Assembly (NCBI RefSeq): GCF_009834535.1
Contig: NC_045728.1
Location: 6,200,001-6,264,000, forward strand
Source: Camelus ferus
Taxonomy: Eukaryota
DNA: 64,000 nt
Reading direction: 5' to 3'
Positions within the stretch are counted from its first letter, which is position 1; each line of letters begins with the position of its first letter. Positions 36,226 through 49,560 of this stretch are shown here, piece by piece. Below the pieces are notes generated by a model that saw nothing but the letters and a program-made list of their open reading frames with translations, was not told the DNA's origin and did not search any database. The translations under genes were made by a program, and so were the position numbers.

Positions 36226-38773
36226 CCACAACCTAAAAATGTTCTCCAATTACCAGCCTCTCAGTCTTTTTTTTTTTTCTGCCTGTTTTTAATTTGCAGT
36301 CCAAAACTACCAAAAAAGGAAGCTCCTGCACTCTAGAAAACAGATTTTCTTGAAATAATTGTGTGATGCTTAATAGCTGCTACATGACCAGGTGCCCCGC
36401 TGATGCAACCAGTATCAACTAAATTCAGGAGCTGAATGAAATCACTTTTTCCTGGTGATAACCACTATTTATTATGCACCTCTCGCCACCATTCCTCTAC
36501 CAGAATCCTAGATCAGCTCTATCATTTTCTCCTGGAAAATATGCAAGATTATTTTTGCTGGATTCTCTTCTCTGACAGATGGTCAATTCTTAGCGTCTAT
36601 ACCTGAATACTTAGCCTTTTAAATTTTTTTCTTTACAGAGTCAACTGTTCTGAAGGCCCTGTCCATCTGCATAATTTAAAAGAATTAAATATGGCCAACA
36701 GCGCCTGAGAAGCTGTTACTGGAATGTTCTGGGTCCTCTTACTTAGGAACTGAATGAGAAGTAATTCAATATGCTCACATGATATCTGATCATATACTCA
36801 TTCTGTTTCCTAATAAGATGACATCTTTTCTTCAGGCTAAAGGATGCCTCATATGACACAACCTTATATGTACACCCCAGTGACATCTAAGTGTAAACCA
36901 TATCTTATTCCTTCTAGAGTGTTATTTCAGAGAGAAAAAAAATCCATTTTAGTGTTTACCCTAACAATCTGCAAGTACTGCTGAAGAGCTTCTAAGCAAC
37001 CTGAAAACCCTGCACAGAATTCCTACGTGCATCAACTAGTTCACACATAAATCTCTTTTTGTGATCACTATTTGAGTTTTCATTTTAGTGGGACTTAGCA
37101 GAGGTGGAAAAAAGCTTTTCTGCCACAAGAAAACAAAGGCAATCACCAGTGTCTTCATTACTCCAATTACCGCTAAGCCACCGAGAAATCCTTCAAGGCC
37201 AGCTGAGTTCAGCGTAATAGAAGTTAGACACTTGGTAAGTCCCGAGACAAGTAACCTCATTAACAAAATTTTTAAGGCCTAAGTCTTCATATCAGACAGG
37301 ACACTTTCACTTTGAATTCTATCAACTTGGCAGGAAACAGCATACTTACATCTGGTGGGTAAAAAAGGGAAAAAAATCAAGGCAAGTGTTCTAGGAAAAA
37401 TCCATGAAGAAACATGGAAAAAGGACAGGAGAAAAAGGATTGGTTATACGAATGAAATTAGGTTTATATAAACTAGAGGACTTGTGGATTTGAAAATAAG
37501 AAAGAATTTCAGAAGCTCTTGCTTTCACAGCATCTTGGTGCCAGGAAAGACGGCAAAATCTGGCTTCTTTTTCGTGTAAGAACGAGTGAGGTCCCCCAGC
37601 CTGCTCTCCTCACGCTGACCAGGGTCTCTCTGCACTTTCAGTGCGTAGCCTTCGGCTCAAACCGCTGACACGCCAGGAGGAGCGCAGAATAGTACACGTG
37701 CAGATAAGGGTGGATGGAATTAATCAAACGGGGAGAAAAGTTCTGATGATAACATTTTTGCCTGGAAATAAAAGATCTACATACAAATGACTAGCCCGCG
37801 AAGGTGTACATTTCTTGCTTTATAAGATCAGTTCTATATATAGCTAGCTTTCCCCTCTTCTATTAAAAAATAAAGTAATTAGAATAAAGTCTGGCTTATT
37901 TCTCTAGCATAAATATAGAAATGGGTTAACCTCATTTGTTTAAGGGAAAAACACAGTTATCCTCTGACCTGGAAGAAACCAATCCCCGCGACTGTGGCTT
38001 TTAGACTAATCCCAGCACATCTGTTTTTTAGCAACTGTGTGGGGAGGGAGGGAGAGTCAGCCAGTGTAGGGTACTACAAACGGTCGACAATGAACAAATA
38101 CAATGGTTTAGCAAGGCAGGTGATGAATTCAGTCCTATAAAGCAGACTGCGGGCTATGCTACTTGTTTCGTACACAACAAAGTTCCCATCTTCTTCTCAT
38201 TCACACAAAGAAATGGAACTGATGCAGAGGAACCGCACACAGCTGCGCCAGGGTGTGATCCCCCGGGTACCCCAGTGTCGAGGAGATTCCTCTACCTCTG
38301 GTTAACCTAGTCTGCTCCTACTTTGATCCCTGACTCTGTGGACCCGACACCCTCTGCCTTCTGCCAGATGAGATCGGTATCACGCTCACTTTCTGAAAAT
38401 TTGCTTTAATACAGTCACTGATAAAATGCCAGACTGATAAACCACTTATTCTTGGGATTTTACCAGCAAAAAATGACCTATAAATGAAAAATGTGAGAAT
38501 GAACTCATAAGATACAGGGTTTCTGGAAAGACTTTAAGGATTGAGAGGTATAACCACAAATTCTAGAAAGCCTTTTAACTCAAGTCCCCAAAATAAACCA
38601 CATTGGTATTCCAGGCTCAAGAGCTCAAATGTTGTCTGCATCAGCGATTCTCAGTTATAAAACTGAAGTACCACATCATGTACAAGGAACAAAGCTGTTT
38701 CAAGGAGTAACAGAACATCCAAATTAAGATCTGATTTGAATTAGAAGTTAGTGATGGAGGCTGATGATTTTAT

Positions 38774-38847
38774 CGTGCAAAGAATAACTGGTAACTTCCT
38801 TCTCTGTCATGGCTTTCCCTCCTGTGAAGCTTCTGAAAAGATACATC
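38774..38847 (-). other. FAM118B: Orthologue of FAM118B non-coding exon 2, with a non-canonical (AT) donor here
   Basis: ttttcag|GATGTATCTTTTCAGAAGC...TTCTTTGCACG resembles the human 5'UTR exon as I recall it; followed by ATAAAA rather than GT. Confidence 0.55.
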
Positions 38848-40899
38848 CTGAAAACAATGTCACATGTTGCTAAGGAAGGACACTTGAAAAATACTGAATA
38901 AAAATATTTCCCCTGTATCAAGTAGTACAATCATACAAGCAACCCCATCACAAAGGGCCCAGGCTGTTCATTAAAAATGAGATTAAATAAATCTTCAAGG
39001 GCAAGATTCTACATTCTAGCGAGTCCCTAAGAACTAAAACTCTCCTGGTAAAACAACGTCGATTATGAATGGTACACCCTCAGCTGCTTCCTCTCCTGCC
39101 GAAGAGGACACTCAACGTGCTGAGTTCACATGCAGACTCCTTCAAGTCTGGGCGAGCCCGGAGGGTGTCACCATTATGGACGACCTCTCTATGACTGAAA
39201 CCTGACAGGTCTTGAAGGGAAGGCTTTCTGTCATAATAAAAATAAAAATGTTTAGTATTTTGACGTGAAGCTTGGCAAATGTTATGACTAAAAACCTTGC
39301 GTAGCTGAACGTTAACAGTGACTAAGTGAATTGTCAGCACCAGGTGAGACATCTCAGAGGTCCCCACATTGTGGTCTGTACTCCAAACCCCATCAACAGC
39401 AAAACAAGGACAGAATATAAGAAAGATACAGACCTGTCTTTGCATGGTATCTTAAACAGATATAACATATGAAAAAAAAATAGACAACTTGAATAGACTC
39501 CCATCTTAGGTTTTTAATTATGTTTAAAACTCTAATCATCAAAATACCCAATAAAGAGGGATTTAAGAGTAAATGCACTTTAAGTACATTGAATCTTTTA
39601 ATCTTGTCATTCAGGGGCCACTGTATGTCCATAAAATGCTTGCTCTTGAACTTCCCCTAAACCTAGGATGGCACTGGAACCAGAGGCCTAAAGAGGTCAC
39701 AGCGTTTCCTTTGAAGGAAAGAGAGAGGGCAGACCATTACATTTTGGGGTGATTCACGTGCAGTCATATTTAAAGGAAGGAGAGAAAAGGTCCTGCAAAA
39801 CTTTCAAGGGCCCTTCTAACTCTCAGTTAGTTATATTAACTCATCCCATTTTCCTTGTTCACTGTGATGTGAACGTAGATTGTTCTGCTTCAGAAAGTCA
39901 CAGACCTGAGCTTCTCAGCGTTTTCTTCCGTGATCTGATCCTACCTCAGCTTCAGCCTCATGGGAACTAAGCTAGAAATGATGACCAGCAATTTGCAGAA
40001 GACTGAAATATGAAACCACCGCACAAACTGGGGAAGGAATCAAGAAGAAAGAAGTTTAAGAAACCACAAACGATGCCCTGAAAAATAAAATTCAGAAACA
40101 ACACGGGAAAAGATCAGGTATGGATAAGGATAGCTGGAACAGCCCCAGTGATCTCATTGGATAAACCAAGCCCAGTTCTGTACGGAGAGTACTGCGCACC
40201 TGAAACAAAGACGATGCTGAACATACACACCGACGTAACACCCCTGATACGCACATGACTTTGGCAACATTCTACCACATCAGTCATCAATTAGGACCTA
40301 ATGAGAGTAGCGTGCCACATTTAGGTTGGAAACTTAAGAAACACATGGACAATTTCACTGAGTCAAAGAACAGAAAATATAGATCAGCAAACAAAAATGT
40401 TAAAAGGACTGACGGTACCAAGCTTGAAAGAAATAAGGCAGGTAACCACACCTGCTCTTTAAGCACAGTTTCCCCTAGATGAGGCCCAATCCTCACCCCC
40501 ATCACTGCCCCTTTTGGAGGTAAGTGCATTCAGCACCGTTGCCATCCTTTGCTATAAAACAAAGCCCTTTGGCTTTTTAACTTGAGATCTATAAACTGAA
40601 ATGGTAAAATTTTCAGTGTTTACTAAACGCTAGGTCATATGAGCTTGTGATCCAACATCAGTTGCTTATTCACAGAAAAAAAGAGATTTCTTTTTGTTTG
40701 TATAGCTGTCCTATGAAATGAATTTAAGAAACTTTCGTGTTACTTTAGAATTCTCTAATTCAAGTTAAGGCATGAGTCAGGGTATTTATAGGTTACCATC
40801 TGCAACTGCATTTATGGGATGGAAATTCTTCACCTATTTATTCATTTCTTTTGGTTTATGAACTTTCCCAATTTGACTGAGAAGTCTGTTCCTAAAAAG

Positions 40900-41320
40900 C
40901 TGAGGTGCTCCCTCCCTCCCTCTAGACCTGCTGGCCTCTTTACTGTTCCTCAGACAGCCCTGGAACACCCTTGGCCTTTCTTTGTACTGGTTGTTCCTCC
41001 TCCTGGACCTGCTCTTCCCCCAGGTGTCTGCACAAGTTTCCAAGCCTTTGCTTAACTCACACCTTCTCTGTGACGCTTCCCTCGACCACCGTATTTAAAA
41101 TCACAACCTCCTCACTCATTGCATCAACTGTTCTATTTTTCATTTCATAGCACATACCACCCACTAGCATACTAACTATATTTAATATTAGCATAATAAA
41201 TATATTAATAATGCTTATTATTCACATCTGCCTCCTCCCATCAGAATGTAAACTCCTCAAAGGTAGGGACTCTTGTTTAGTTCTCAGTGTATCCCAAGGT
41301 TGTAAAACAGTGCCTGGCAC
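40900..41320 (+). mobile_element. L2 3' fragment
   Basis: Ends aacagtgcctggcacggagcaggcatgcaaatatttattgaatgaa. Confidence 0.75.
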
Positions 41321-42389
41321 GGAGCAGGCATGCAAATATTTATTGAATGAACTAACTGAAATGCAAGATGTTGCTCATGATTAGAATTACAAGAAAGACA
41401 TTTATTATGCAACAGAAAAAGCGTTTCCAATTAAAAGCAAAACCCCATTACTGCTTTTACTGCAGCAAGGACCATAAAAGGACATTTCTTTTTTAAATGG
41501 GACAAATGAAAAAAGACAAATTCCTGTGAAAATTGTGTGCACAGTAAATCAACATTCAAGCTATCACTTTCCCGATACACCAGCAGTCATAACAGGGAGT
41601 GAAGGTAATCTGATTCTAGCAGGCAAAAGGATTTCAGACTTAAGGTTTCAAGACTCTCCTCTGACACTAACTGAACATTTTTACATATAAATCATTTTAT
41701 TTTTTATAACTCAAGTTTCTGATATCTAAGATGCAAACTGATTTTATGGGTGGATTCTTAAGGCAAGACTTTTCTGGCAAATGACTCACGGACATCAGTA
41801 TTTAGGGCTAAGAAATCAGTTTCCTGTATTTTATACATAAAATCTATCTACAGTGTTTTACCGCTAGAGAAGAAGAAAAGCTTTGTAGCAGCAAAAGGGA
41901 TTTCAAAACACAAATTAGATTAAGTCATGGTTTAAAGTCACTCAATGGCTTCTCTGTGTTTAATAAAATGAAACGCCTGCTCATGCCTGCAAGACCTGGT
42001 CTGGTCTGGCATCTACAGTCCCCTTCAGAGCATCTCACCCAGCCTTTCCCCCATCCACACAGAACACATCACACACTTTCCTGCTCACACAGTCTTTACT
42101 TAGTCATCATACACTTGGCAAGCAGCGCCTTCTCCATCCCCACCCATCCCCTAAGTCTCGGCTTAACTGTTACCTTTTCTGCCCCTTCCCACCAAGTGTC
42201 TCACCAAAGATGACTAAGAGCATACCCTTAGGGGCCACACCCCCGAAAGATCTCCACCTTTTAGAGGAAACAGAACTGTAAACAAATATTTATAATAGAT
42301 TTGCACTAAGTTAAATGTGCACGTATGTGGTTCAGAGACGACTATGTTTGAGTTAAGAGCAAGGAAAGCTTTATGCGAAATAGATACCA

Positions 42390-42850
42390 TTACGGCAAAA
42401 TTCAATGAAATCGTTAGGATTTCTCTTCCTTTACCTCTCAAAAGCACGTGACACTTAATCCCATTCTCATCTCCTCTGGATACTATGTTTTTCTGGCCTT
42501 CCTCCCAACCCTGTAGGGGAAGCTCTCTTCCCTTTGCGCACTCCCTGAATGTGGACCAACTTCAGGGCACTGCGGGAGGCTCTCCAAGTCTTACCGCTTT
42601 ACGTATCTCCTCCCCCCATTTACTCCAATGGTTAAATTAAAAATGCCAACTAAATGCTAATGACTCCCAAATCTGGATCTTCAGCTCAGATCTCTCCTGT
42701 GTTTCAGACCCATGAGAGCCTACTCAGAAGTTTCAGTACACAGTCCTTCAAAACTCAAACACCTTAACAGAGTTCAATAACCTGTTCCTTATCATGTGTC
42801 AGAGGTCTCTGAATGGCAGAAACAATCTCTGGGTGGCAGGATTATAGGTG
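42390..42850 (+). mobile_element. L2 fragment
   Basis: tgactcccaaatctggatcttcagctcagatctctcc...aaaactcaaac. Confidence 0.55.
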
Positions 42851-44861
42851 ATTATTTCCTTCTTTCTGTCTCAATCACTAACACAAGTACTTACTGATTT
42901 TGTCATTTACTTTAGAAAAGTTCTTGCAAGGACCTTCCTTGGATCAATTTCAGTAATCCCTCAAGAACAAGAGACCGAGGGGCCAGGGGAACGCAGGAAA
43001 GCGGTTAAGCTTGTAACTACAAACCACCTTGATAGTCCTTTCAGGGACATTTGTTTTTTTCTAATAAAAATTAACTGGGAAATATTCTCTTTGATCTGTA
43101 AATGAAGTGAGAGATGAAAGTATTGTTCAGATCTGAAATAAGAATCTGAACGCTCCAAAAATAGGCTGTTATCTGCCACAGAGGCCACCAGAACTAGGAA
43201 GACGAGCCTGACTTAGAAGAAATGGCTTTAAAAGCATTGCTTTGCAGAGGAGGTGGCATCAGTCTTAAAAAGTGGCTGGTGAAAATAACTGAGGGGAAAA
43301 AAAAAAAGATGAGAGAAAAACAGGCTAGGGAGACCCAGAAACACGCTTTCATAAAGAGCGAAGGAGGTCAGGGCAGGACGACAGAGGATCCACGGGAGCA
43401 GCCTGGGAGGAAGCACACCCTCCCTCACTGCCCAGGAAGGGCCAGTCCAGGCAGGTGCCCCGGGCAGACAAAGTGAAGCAGAAAAGCAAGGGCCGCCGCG
43501 CTGTAATCCCACCTACAGGGAGCTGCTGCTGATACTTCGGTTTACGTGGGGAAACACGGTTTTCAAGAGGAGCTCCTGGAGGAAGTGTAAGCATCCCGGT
43601 TTCATGTTCCTATCAATTCAAAAACTGGATTCTTAAGAGTCTGCCCTGCTTTTACAGTATCAATTTTCTTATATGGAAGCCCCCTTTGTGTTTTTGTTCA
43701 AACTTTTCATCCTTCATTTATCTTAGTGTCTTAGTAAAATTAACTTCTGAAAAAGTCAGGTAGCTTGAGGATTCATCCAAAGAGAAGAGAGCGTATCTGC
43801 AGAGCAGAAGAAAGACAGCAGCATTTCCAGTAACTGAGGGGGACCGGGAGGGAGGCAGCAGGGGCAGGGTCTCCCTGTCCCAGAGGACATGCCTTAGAGG
43901 GGTCTATAGAGCTGGGGTGAAGAGCTATCACATGCAGGGCTTGCCAATATTTTCAGGTTGACTTTCATTCTAGCAACAGATCTCAAATCTGCTCCAGTGC
44001 AGAGAGCAGAAAACTGAAACACTATAATGGGCCCTCTCTGAAGCTACCATTTCCATGGGACGAGAATCAGTGTTATGAAAAAGAAAAACAAAAGAAAGAG
44101 AGAAAAATCACAGAAATAATAGAACAAAATGTCCCAGAACTGAAGGACATGACTTTCCAGAATGAAAGGGTCCACTGAGTTCCCAGAACAGTAGATGAGG
44201 AAAGACCCACACCAGGGAACAGCATCATGAGATAAACTTCCAGTGAGGGAGAAAGGAAAAGAAAAAACCAAACCAACAAAACAGTTACATAAAAAGGTCT
44301 AAATGACCGTGCCTGGAGAGCACCTGCAAACACCAGACAGTATGACAGACCGTCTTCAAAACTCTGAGGGAAAATTATTTCCAACCTGGAATTCTACTAC
44401 ACCTCCAAACTACCAAACAAGGTTGTGGACAAAATAAAGCCATTCAAATACTTCGCGGCAAGTTAGGAAGTAAGGATGTAAACCTAGGAATGGGATGGCA
44501 TGGGAGCCAGCCCAGAAAGGGAGTAAAGGTCAGTTCCTGAATGACACTGGGCGATAATTCCTGATGGGAGGCAGTGGAGGGCAGAAGAGGAAGACGCAGG
44601 GCTCCCGTAAATCATGGCAGTGACACATCTGAGCCCATGGAAACACACACAGGAAACGTTACAAATAATGTGATAAATACGTTGGAGCATTTGGAAAAAA
44701 ACTACTGTGCGCAAGTGAACAAAACAGGCAAAGGTGAACCCACACACAAGGAAGAGCAGAGCTGTCACAGATCACCTGGCTCGACGGCGAATGGCATTGG
44801 GCAGAGGTATAAATACGTAAAAGCGTCCTGTTTTAACCAAATATTACAAGATGGCAAATCT

Positions 44862-46030
44862 CTAAGAAAGAACAGAGGCAAAACATTCTCTGATGCAAAT
44901 CGCAGCAATGTTCTCCTAGGGCAGTCTACAGAAGCAATAGAATTAAAAGCAAAAATAATCAAACGGGACCTAATTAAACTTACAAGCTTTTGCACAGCAA
45001 AGGAAACAAAATGAAAAGACAATCTACATAACGGGAGAAAATATTTGCAAATGATGTGACTGACAGAGGCTTAATTTCCAGAATGTACAAACAGCCCATA
45101 GAATTCAATAACCAAAACACAAACAACCCAATCCAAAAATGGGCAGAAGAGCCAAATAGATGTATCTCCAATAAAGACATACAAATGGCCAAGAGGCACA
45201 TGAAAAAATGCTCCATGTGGCTAGTTATCAGAGAAATGAAATCAAAATAGAATGGCCATCGTTAAAAAGCTCACAAACGATAAATGCTGGAGAGGGTGTG
45301 GCGAAAAGGGAACCTTCCTACACTGCTAGTGGGAATGTAGTTTGGTGCAGCCACTATGGAAAATAGTATGGAGACTGCTTGAATAACTGAAAACAGACTT
45401 ACCCTATGATCCAGCAACCCCACTCCTGGGCATATATCCAGAGGAAATTCTAATTCAAAAAGATACATGCACCCTAATGTTCATAGCAGCACTATTTACA
45501 GTAGCCAAGACATGGAAGCAACCTGGGTGTCCATCAACAGATGATTAAAGANNNNNNNNNNNNNNNNNNNNNNNNNNNNNNNNNNNNNNNNNNNNNNNNN
45601 NNNNNNNNNNNNNNNNNNNNNNNNNNNNNNNNNNNNNNNNNNNNNNNNNNNNNNNNNNNNNNNNNNNNNNNNNNNNNNNNNNNNNNNNNNNNNNGCCAAA
45701 AAGAGAAAGAAAAATACCGTATGATATATGTGGAATCTAAAAAAAAAGACACAAATAAACTTATTTACAAAACAGACTCATAGACATAGAAAACAAACTC
45801 ATGGTTACCAGAGGGGAGGGGAGGGATAAATTGTGAGTCTGGACTTGTAGATACACACTATTCTACGTAAAATAGATAAACAATAAGGTCCTACTGTATA
45901 GCACAGGGAACTGTATTCAATACCTTGTCATAGCCTAAAATGAAAAAGAATATATACATAAAACTGAATCACTGTGCCATACACCAGAAACTAACACACT
46001 GTAAATCAGCTATACTTGAATTAAAAAGAA
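44862..46030 (+). mobile_element. 5'-truncated, relatively young L1 (ORF2 C-terminus + 3'UTR), containing an N-run
   Basis: Translation ...[25 protein letters not shown] and ...[10 protein letters not shown] (L1 ORF2); artiodactyl-type 3'UTR ending in an A-rich tail. Confidence 0.88.
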
Positions 46031-46782
46031 AACAAACCCAGAACAATATGGCGATGTTAGGGGGTGGAGGGTGCGGAAAGGCAGGATGGGGTGGGTGGAG
46101 GAACTGAGTCCTGATCTAGCACCTAACAGGCCAGACACTTGACAGCTGACCAGAGCTAATACCATATTGGGCGATTTAGAAATGTGGAGATGAAGCCTGA
46201 GGTAAGAGGAAAGTAACCCCGTGGCTCCCCTAACGGCTGAGCCTGGGAGGCGGGGAGAGCAGAGGAAACTGTTGTTTTTTCCTTTATCTGACTTTTTAAA
46301 TCATGCACATGACTTACTTTGATTAAAAAGAAATAAAAAAGAGAGAAAACAGCAACACTCAAAATTTGCAATTTTTCTTTCTACATTTTTTAGTAACCTT
46401 ATCTTTTGTCTGGTATATCCATAACGAAAGAATTTTTAGTCCAGGACCCCAGAGTGCTGTGGGCTAGGAATGAGGGAGGGAAGCCCATTCCTGGGCATCC
46501 AGCATTCGCTGAATCAAAATTTCTAGAGGAGCTAGCTATAGATTTAAAAGTACCTCGGGGGATTCTTATCATCAAGCAAGTTGGAGAAATGCTGACTAGC
46601 ACACTGGGGTCAGTAAACTCAGAGTGGATTTGGTTTTCTAAATGAGTTAATGCTGCGGTGCTCCTTATGACAGCCGGTGTAAGTTATTTTCACTAAACTA
46701 ACAATATTATTAGAGCAAACACTTACAGCATGTTCCAATTATTAACAACTAAAACACACACACACAAAGCACATCTTTTTAC

Positions 46783-48080
46783 ATGGGCAATTAATACATG
46801 ACAAAGAAGGCAAAAATATACAACAGGGAAAAGAGAGCCTTGTCAATAACCGGAGTTGGGAAAACTGGACAGCTACATGTACAAGACTGAAACCAGACCA
46901 CTTTCTTACACCACATATAAAAATAAACTAGAAATGGATTAAAAACTTAAATGCAAGACCTTAAACCATGAAACTCCTAGAAGAAAATATAGGTAGTGTA
47001 CTCTTTGACCTTGGTCTTACAATTTTTTATGGATCTGTTTCCTCAGGCAAGGGGAACAAAAAGCAAAAATAAACAAATGGGACTACATCAAACTAAAAAG
47101 GTTTTACACAGCAAGGGAGACGATCAACAAAACGAAAAGACAGCTTACTGAGTGGGAGACGTTTGCAAACGGTGTATCTGATAAAAGGCTAATATCCAAA
47201 ATATATAAAGAATTCATACAACATCAAAAAAGAAAACAAAACAAAACAACCCGATTTAAAAAACGGGCAGAGGACCTGAAAAGACATTTTTCCAAGAAGA
47301 CATACAGATGGCCAAAAGGCACATGAAAAGATGCTTAACATCACTTATCATCAGGGAATCAAAACCAGAAGGAGATACCAATTCATACCTGTCAGAATGG
47401 CTACCATCAAAAAGGCAAGAGGTAACAAGTGCTGCTGAGAATGTGGAGAAAAGGGAAACCCTGTGCACTGATTGTAGGACTGTGAGCTTGTGCAGCCACT
47501 ACAGAAAATTGTATTAAGGTTCCTCAGAAAATTAAAAATAGAACTGCCTTATGATTCAGCAATTTCACTTCTGGGTATTTATCAGAAGAAAACAAAAATA
47601 ATTCAAAAAGATATATGCACACCAATGTTCATTGCATCATTATTTACAATAGTCAAGATGTGGAAGTAACCTTGTGTCCACTGATAGATGAAGAGAGAAG
47701 ATGTAATACACACACACACACACAGATACTGGAATATTACTCAGCCACTTATGACAATATGGATGGATCTAGAGGGTATTATGCTAAGTGAAATAAATCA
47801 GAGAAACACAAATACCATATGATCTCACTTATATGTGGAATCTAAAAAAAATAAAATAAAGAAAACAAAATGAAAACAGACTCATACAGAGAACAACAGG
47901 TGGTTGCCAGAGGGGAACGGGCGGAGGTGGGGGCCAAACAGGTGAAGGGAATTAAGAGATACAAACATCCAGTTATAAAATAAATAATCCACAGGGATGT
48001 AATACACAGCATACAGAATATGATCAATAATATTCTAATAACTTTGTACGGGGACAGATGGTTACTAGACTTATCATGGA
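46783..48080 (+). mobile_element. L1 (L1MA9-like) ORF2 3' part + 3'UTR
   Basis: gggcaattaatacatgacaaagaaggc...gaaaactggacagctacatg (GQLIYDK..ENW) through the 3'UTR. Confidence 0.85.
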
Positions 48081-48834
48081 GGTCAAAATCTACCTCTCTA
48101 ACTTATTGTTGAAATTTTCAAATGATGCAAAAAACAGGTTTATTCAACTTAGGCAACTACCTGTTGCAAATACCTTCTCGAATTTCTCTACAGCTTTTAT
48201 CCAACCACATGGTTGAACAGTCCTTCAATTTTCCATTGTCCATGTTCTGGAAACAGTTTCCATGTTCACCCTTTCAGCATACATTCCTTTTCCCATAAGA
48301 TACTTGGTCATCTTCACTTATACAAATGCCATAAAATAAATAATAATAGCTCCTTAATATCTTGAAATGCTCCATGTAACACTCTTATTTTAACTTCTCA
48401 TCACAGAATGCTGATTCATAACCTGAGTACCTACTACAACCAGAGGCACTGGTCGTGCTGCTCACCACCACCACCTGACTAGGTAGGTATTATTAATTCC
48501 ATGCTTGTAAATAACAAAGTGTGATGCAAACCCCAGTCTGTTTTCAAAGATCATGCTGTTTCTAAAATGCCAAGCTGCCTCTCTTCCTGCGAGCACTGGA
48601 ATTTTAGCCTGATTTCTAGTTCACTTCATTCCTCTTTTTGGATGAGAAATTTAGGGCCCAAAACTTTGAGGTGAATCCCCTAAGTGGTAGAATTAGTCCA
48701 AATTCCATAGCTCCTGACTCTGTATTTTTATTCCACAAATCCACGCACCTGGTGCCGCACAGAGCTAGTACTTCTTGAAGTTCCAGTGCTTTCCCCTGCA
48801 TTAACTCAACCACTCTCACGGTGGTTCTAAGGTA

Positions 48835-48975
48835 GATACCGTCCGTATTTTAGAGGATAAAAAAACTACAGCGAGAGAGAGGCTAAGAAACTTGCACAAG
48901 GTTACACAGCCAGCAGTGGCAGAGCTGGATCTGAAACCTAGCCTGTCTGACTCCAAAGTGCAAGCTGTTAGCATC
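48835..48975 (-). mobile_element. MIR remnant
   Basis: gaggctaagaaacttgcacaaggttacacagccagcagtggcagagctggatctgaaacctag. Confidence 0.75.
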
Positions 48976-49049
48976 CCCAAGGTTTTCAGCCCACGTGTCT
49001 CTCTGGAATGCCCATACAGTTTTAGTCTTCTAATTAAAAGTGTATGCCT

Positions 49050-49560
49050 AATGTGTGGACCTTTTTTGCACCCTGATTCAAACAAATTAACTCTTAAAAC
49101 AAAAGAAAGTGAGACCAATAGGAAAGTCTGTGCACTGACTGGCTGCTTGGTGATATTAAAGAATATATATTTTTCAAGGTGTGATAATTGTATCGAGGTT
49201 ATGTTGAAAACTAGTCCTTATCTTTTACAAATAAACACTGAGGTGTTTACAGATGAAATCATACTTCTGGGATTTGACTCAAAACCATCTGGGAATTAAA
49301 AGTGGGATACAGAACAAGACTGGCCCCGTGCTGGCTGGTTGGCTGAAGAAGCCGGCTGATGGGTACAAGGAGTTTATAAGAGTTTACTCTGTAAACATTT
49401 GAAAATTTCCACAATTAAGAAAAAATGCATGATAAAAAAAGGAGAAAAAATGTGATATTAACAGTATTTGGGAACAGAACTGTGAATGATTTTCCCCCAC
49501 TCTACTTTTTGTATTTTCCACGTTTTCTGTATTATTTTTATAGTGGAAAGCATAAAATAA
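49050..49560 (+). mobile_element. L1ME-like 3' fragment
   Basis: tggtgatattaaagaa...ggtgtgataattgtatcgaggttatg...tactctgtaaacatttgaaaatttcc. Confidence 0.6.

Noticed and set aside
37036-37266. 76-aa hydrophobic minus-strand ORF suggesting a micropeptide
   Set aside because: Intronic, the start is a TTA-ATG context without splice support, and there is no homology I recognise; the region is better treated as a possible non-coding element
39080-39445. 121-codon minus-strand ORF with an acceptor-like site at 39228
   Set aside because: No recognisable protein, no strong donor and no promoter evidence; could be revisited only with RNA-seq support
43490-43530. ctgtaatcccacctac resembling 7SL/Alu left arm
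   Set aside because: The match is only about 15 nt and does not extend in either direction
44574-45250. ORFs with L1 ORF2-like peptides
   Set aside because: Fragmented by stops and frameshifts and 5'-truncated; not an active element or a domesticated gene
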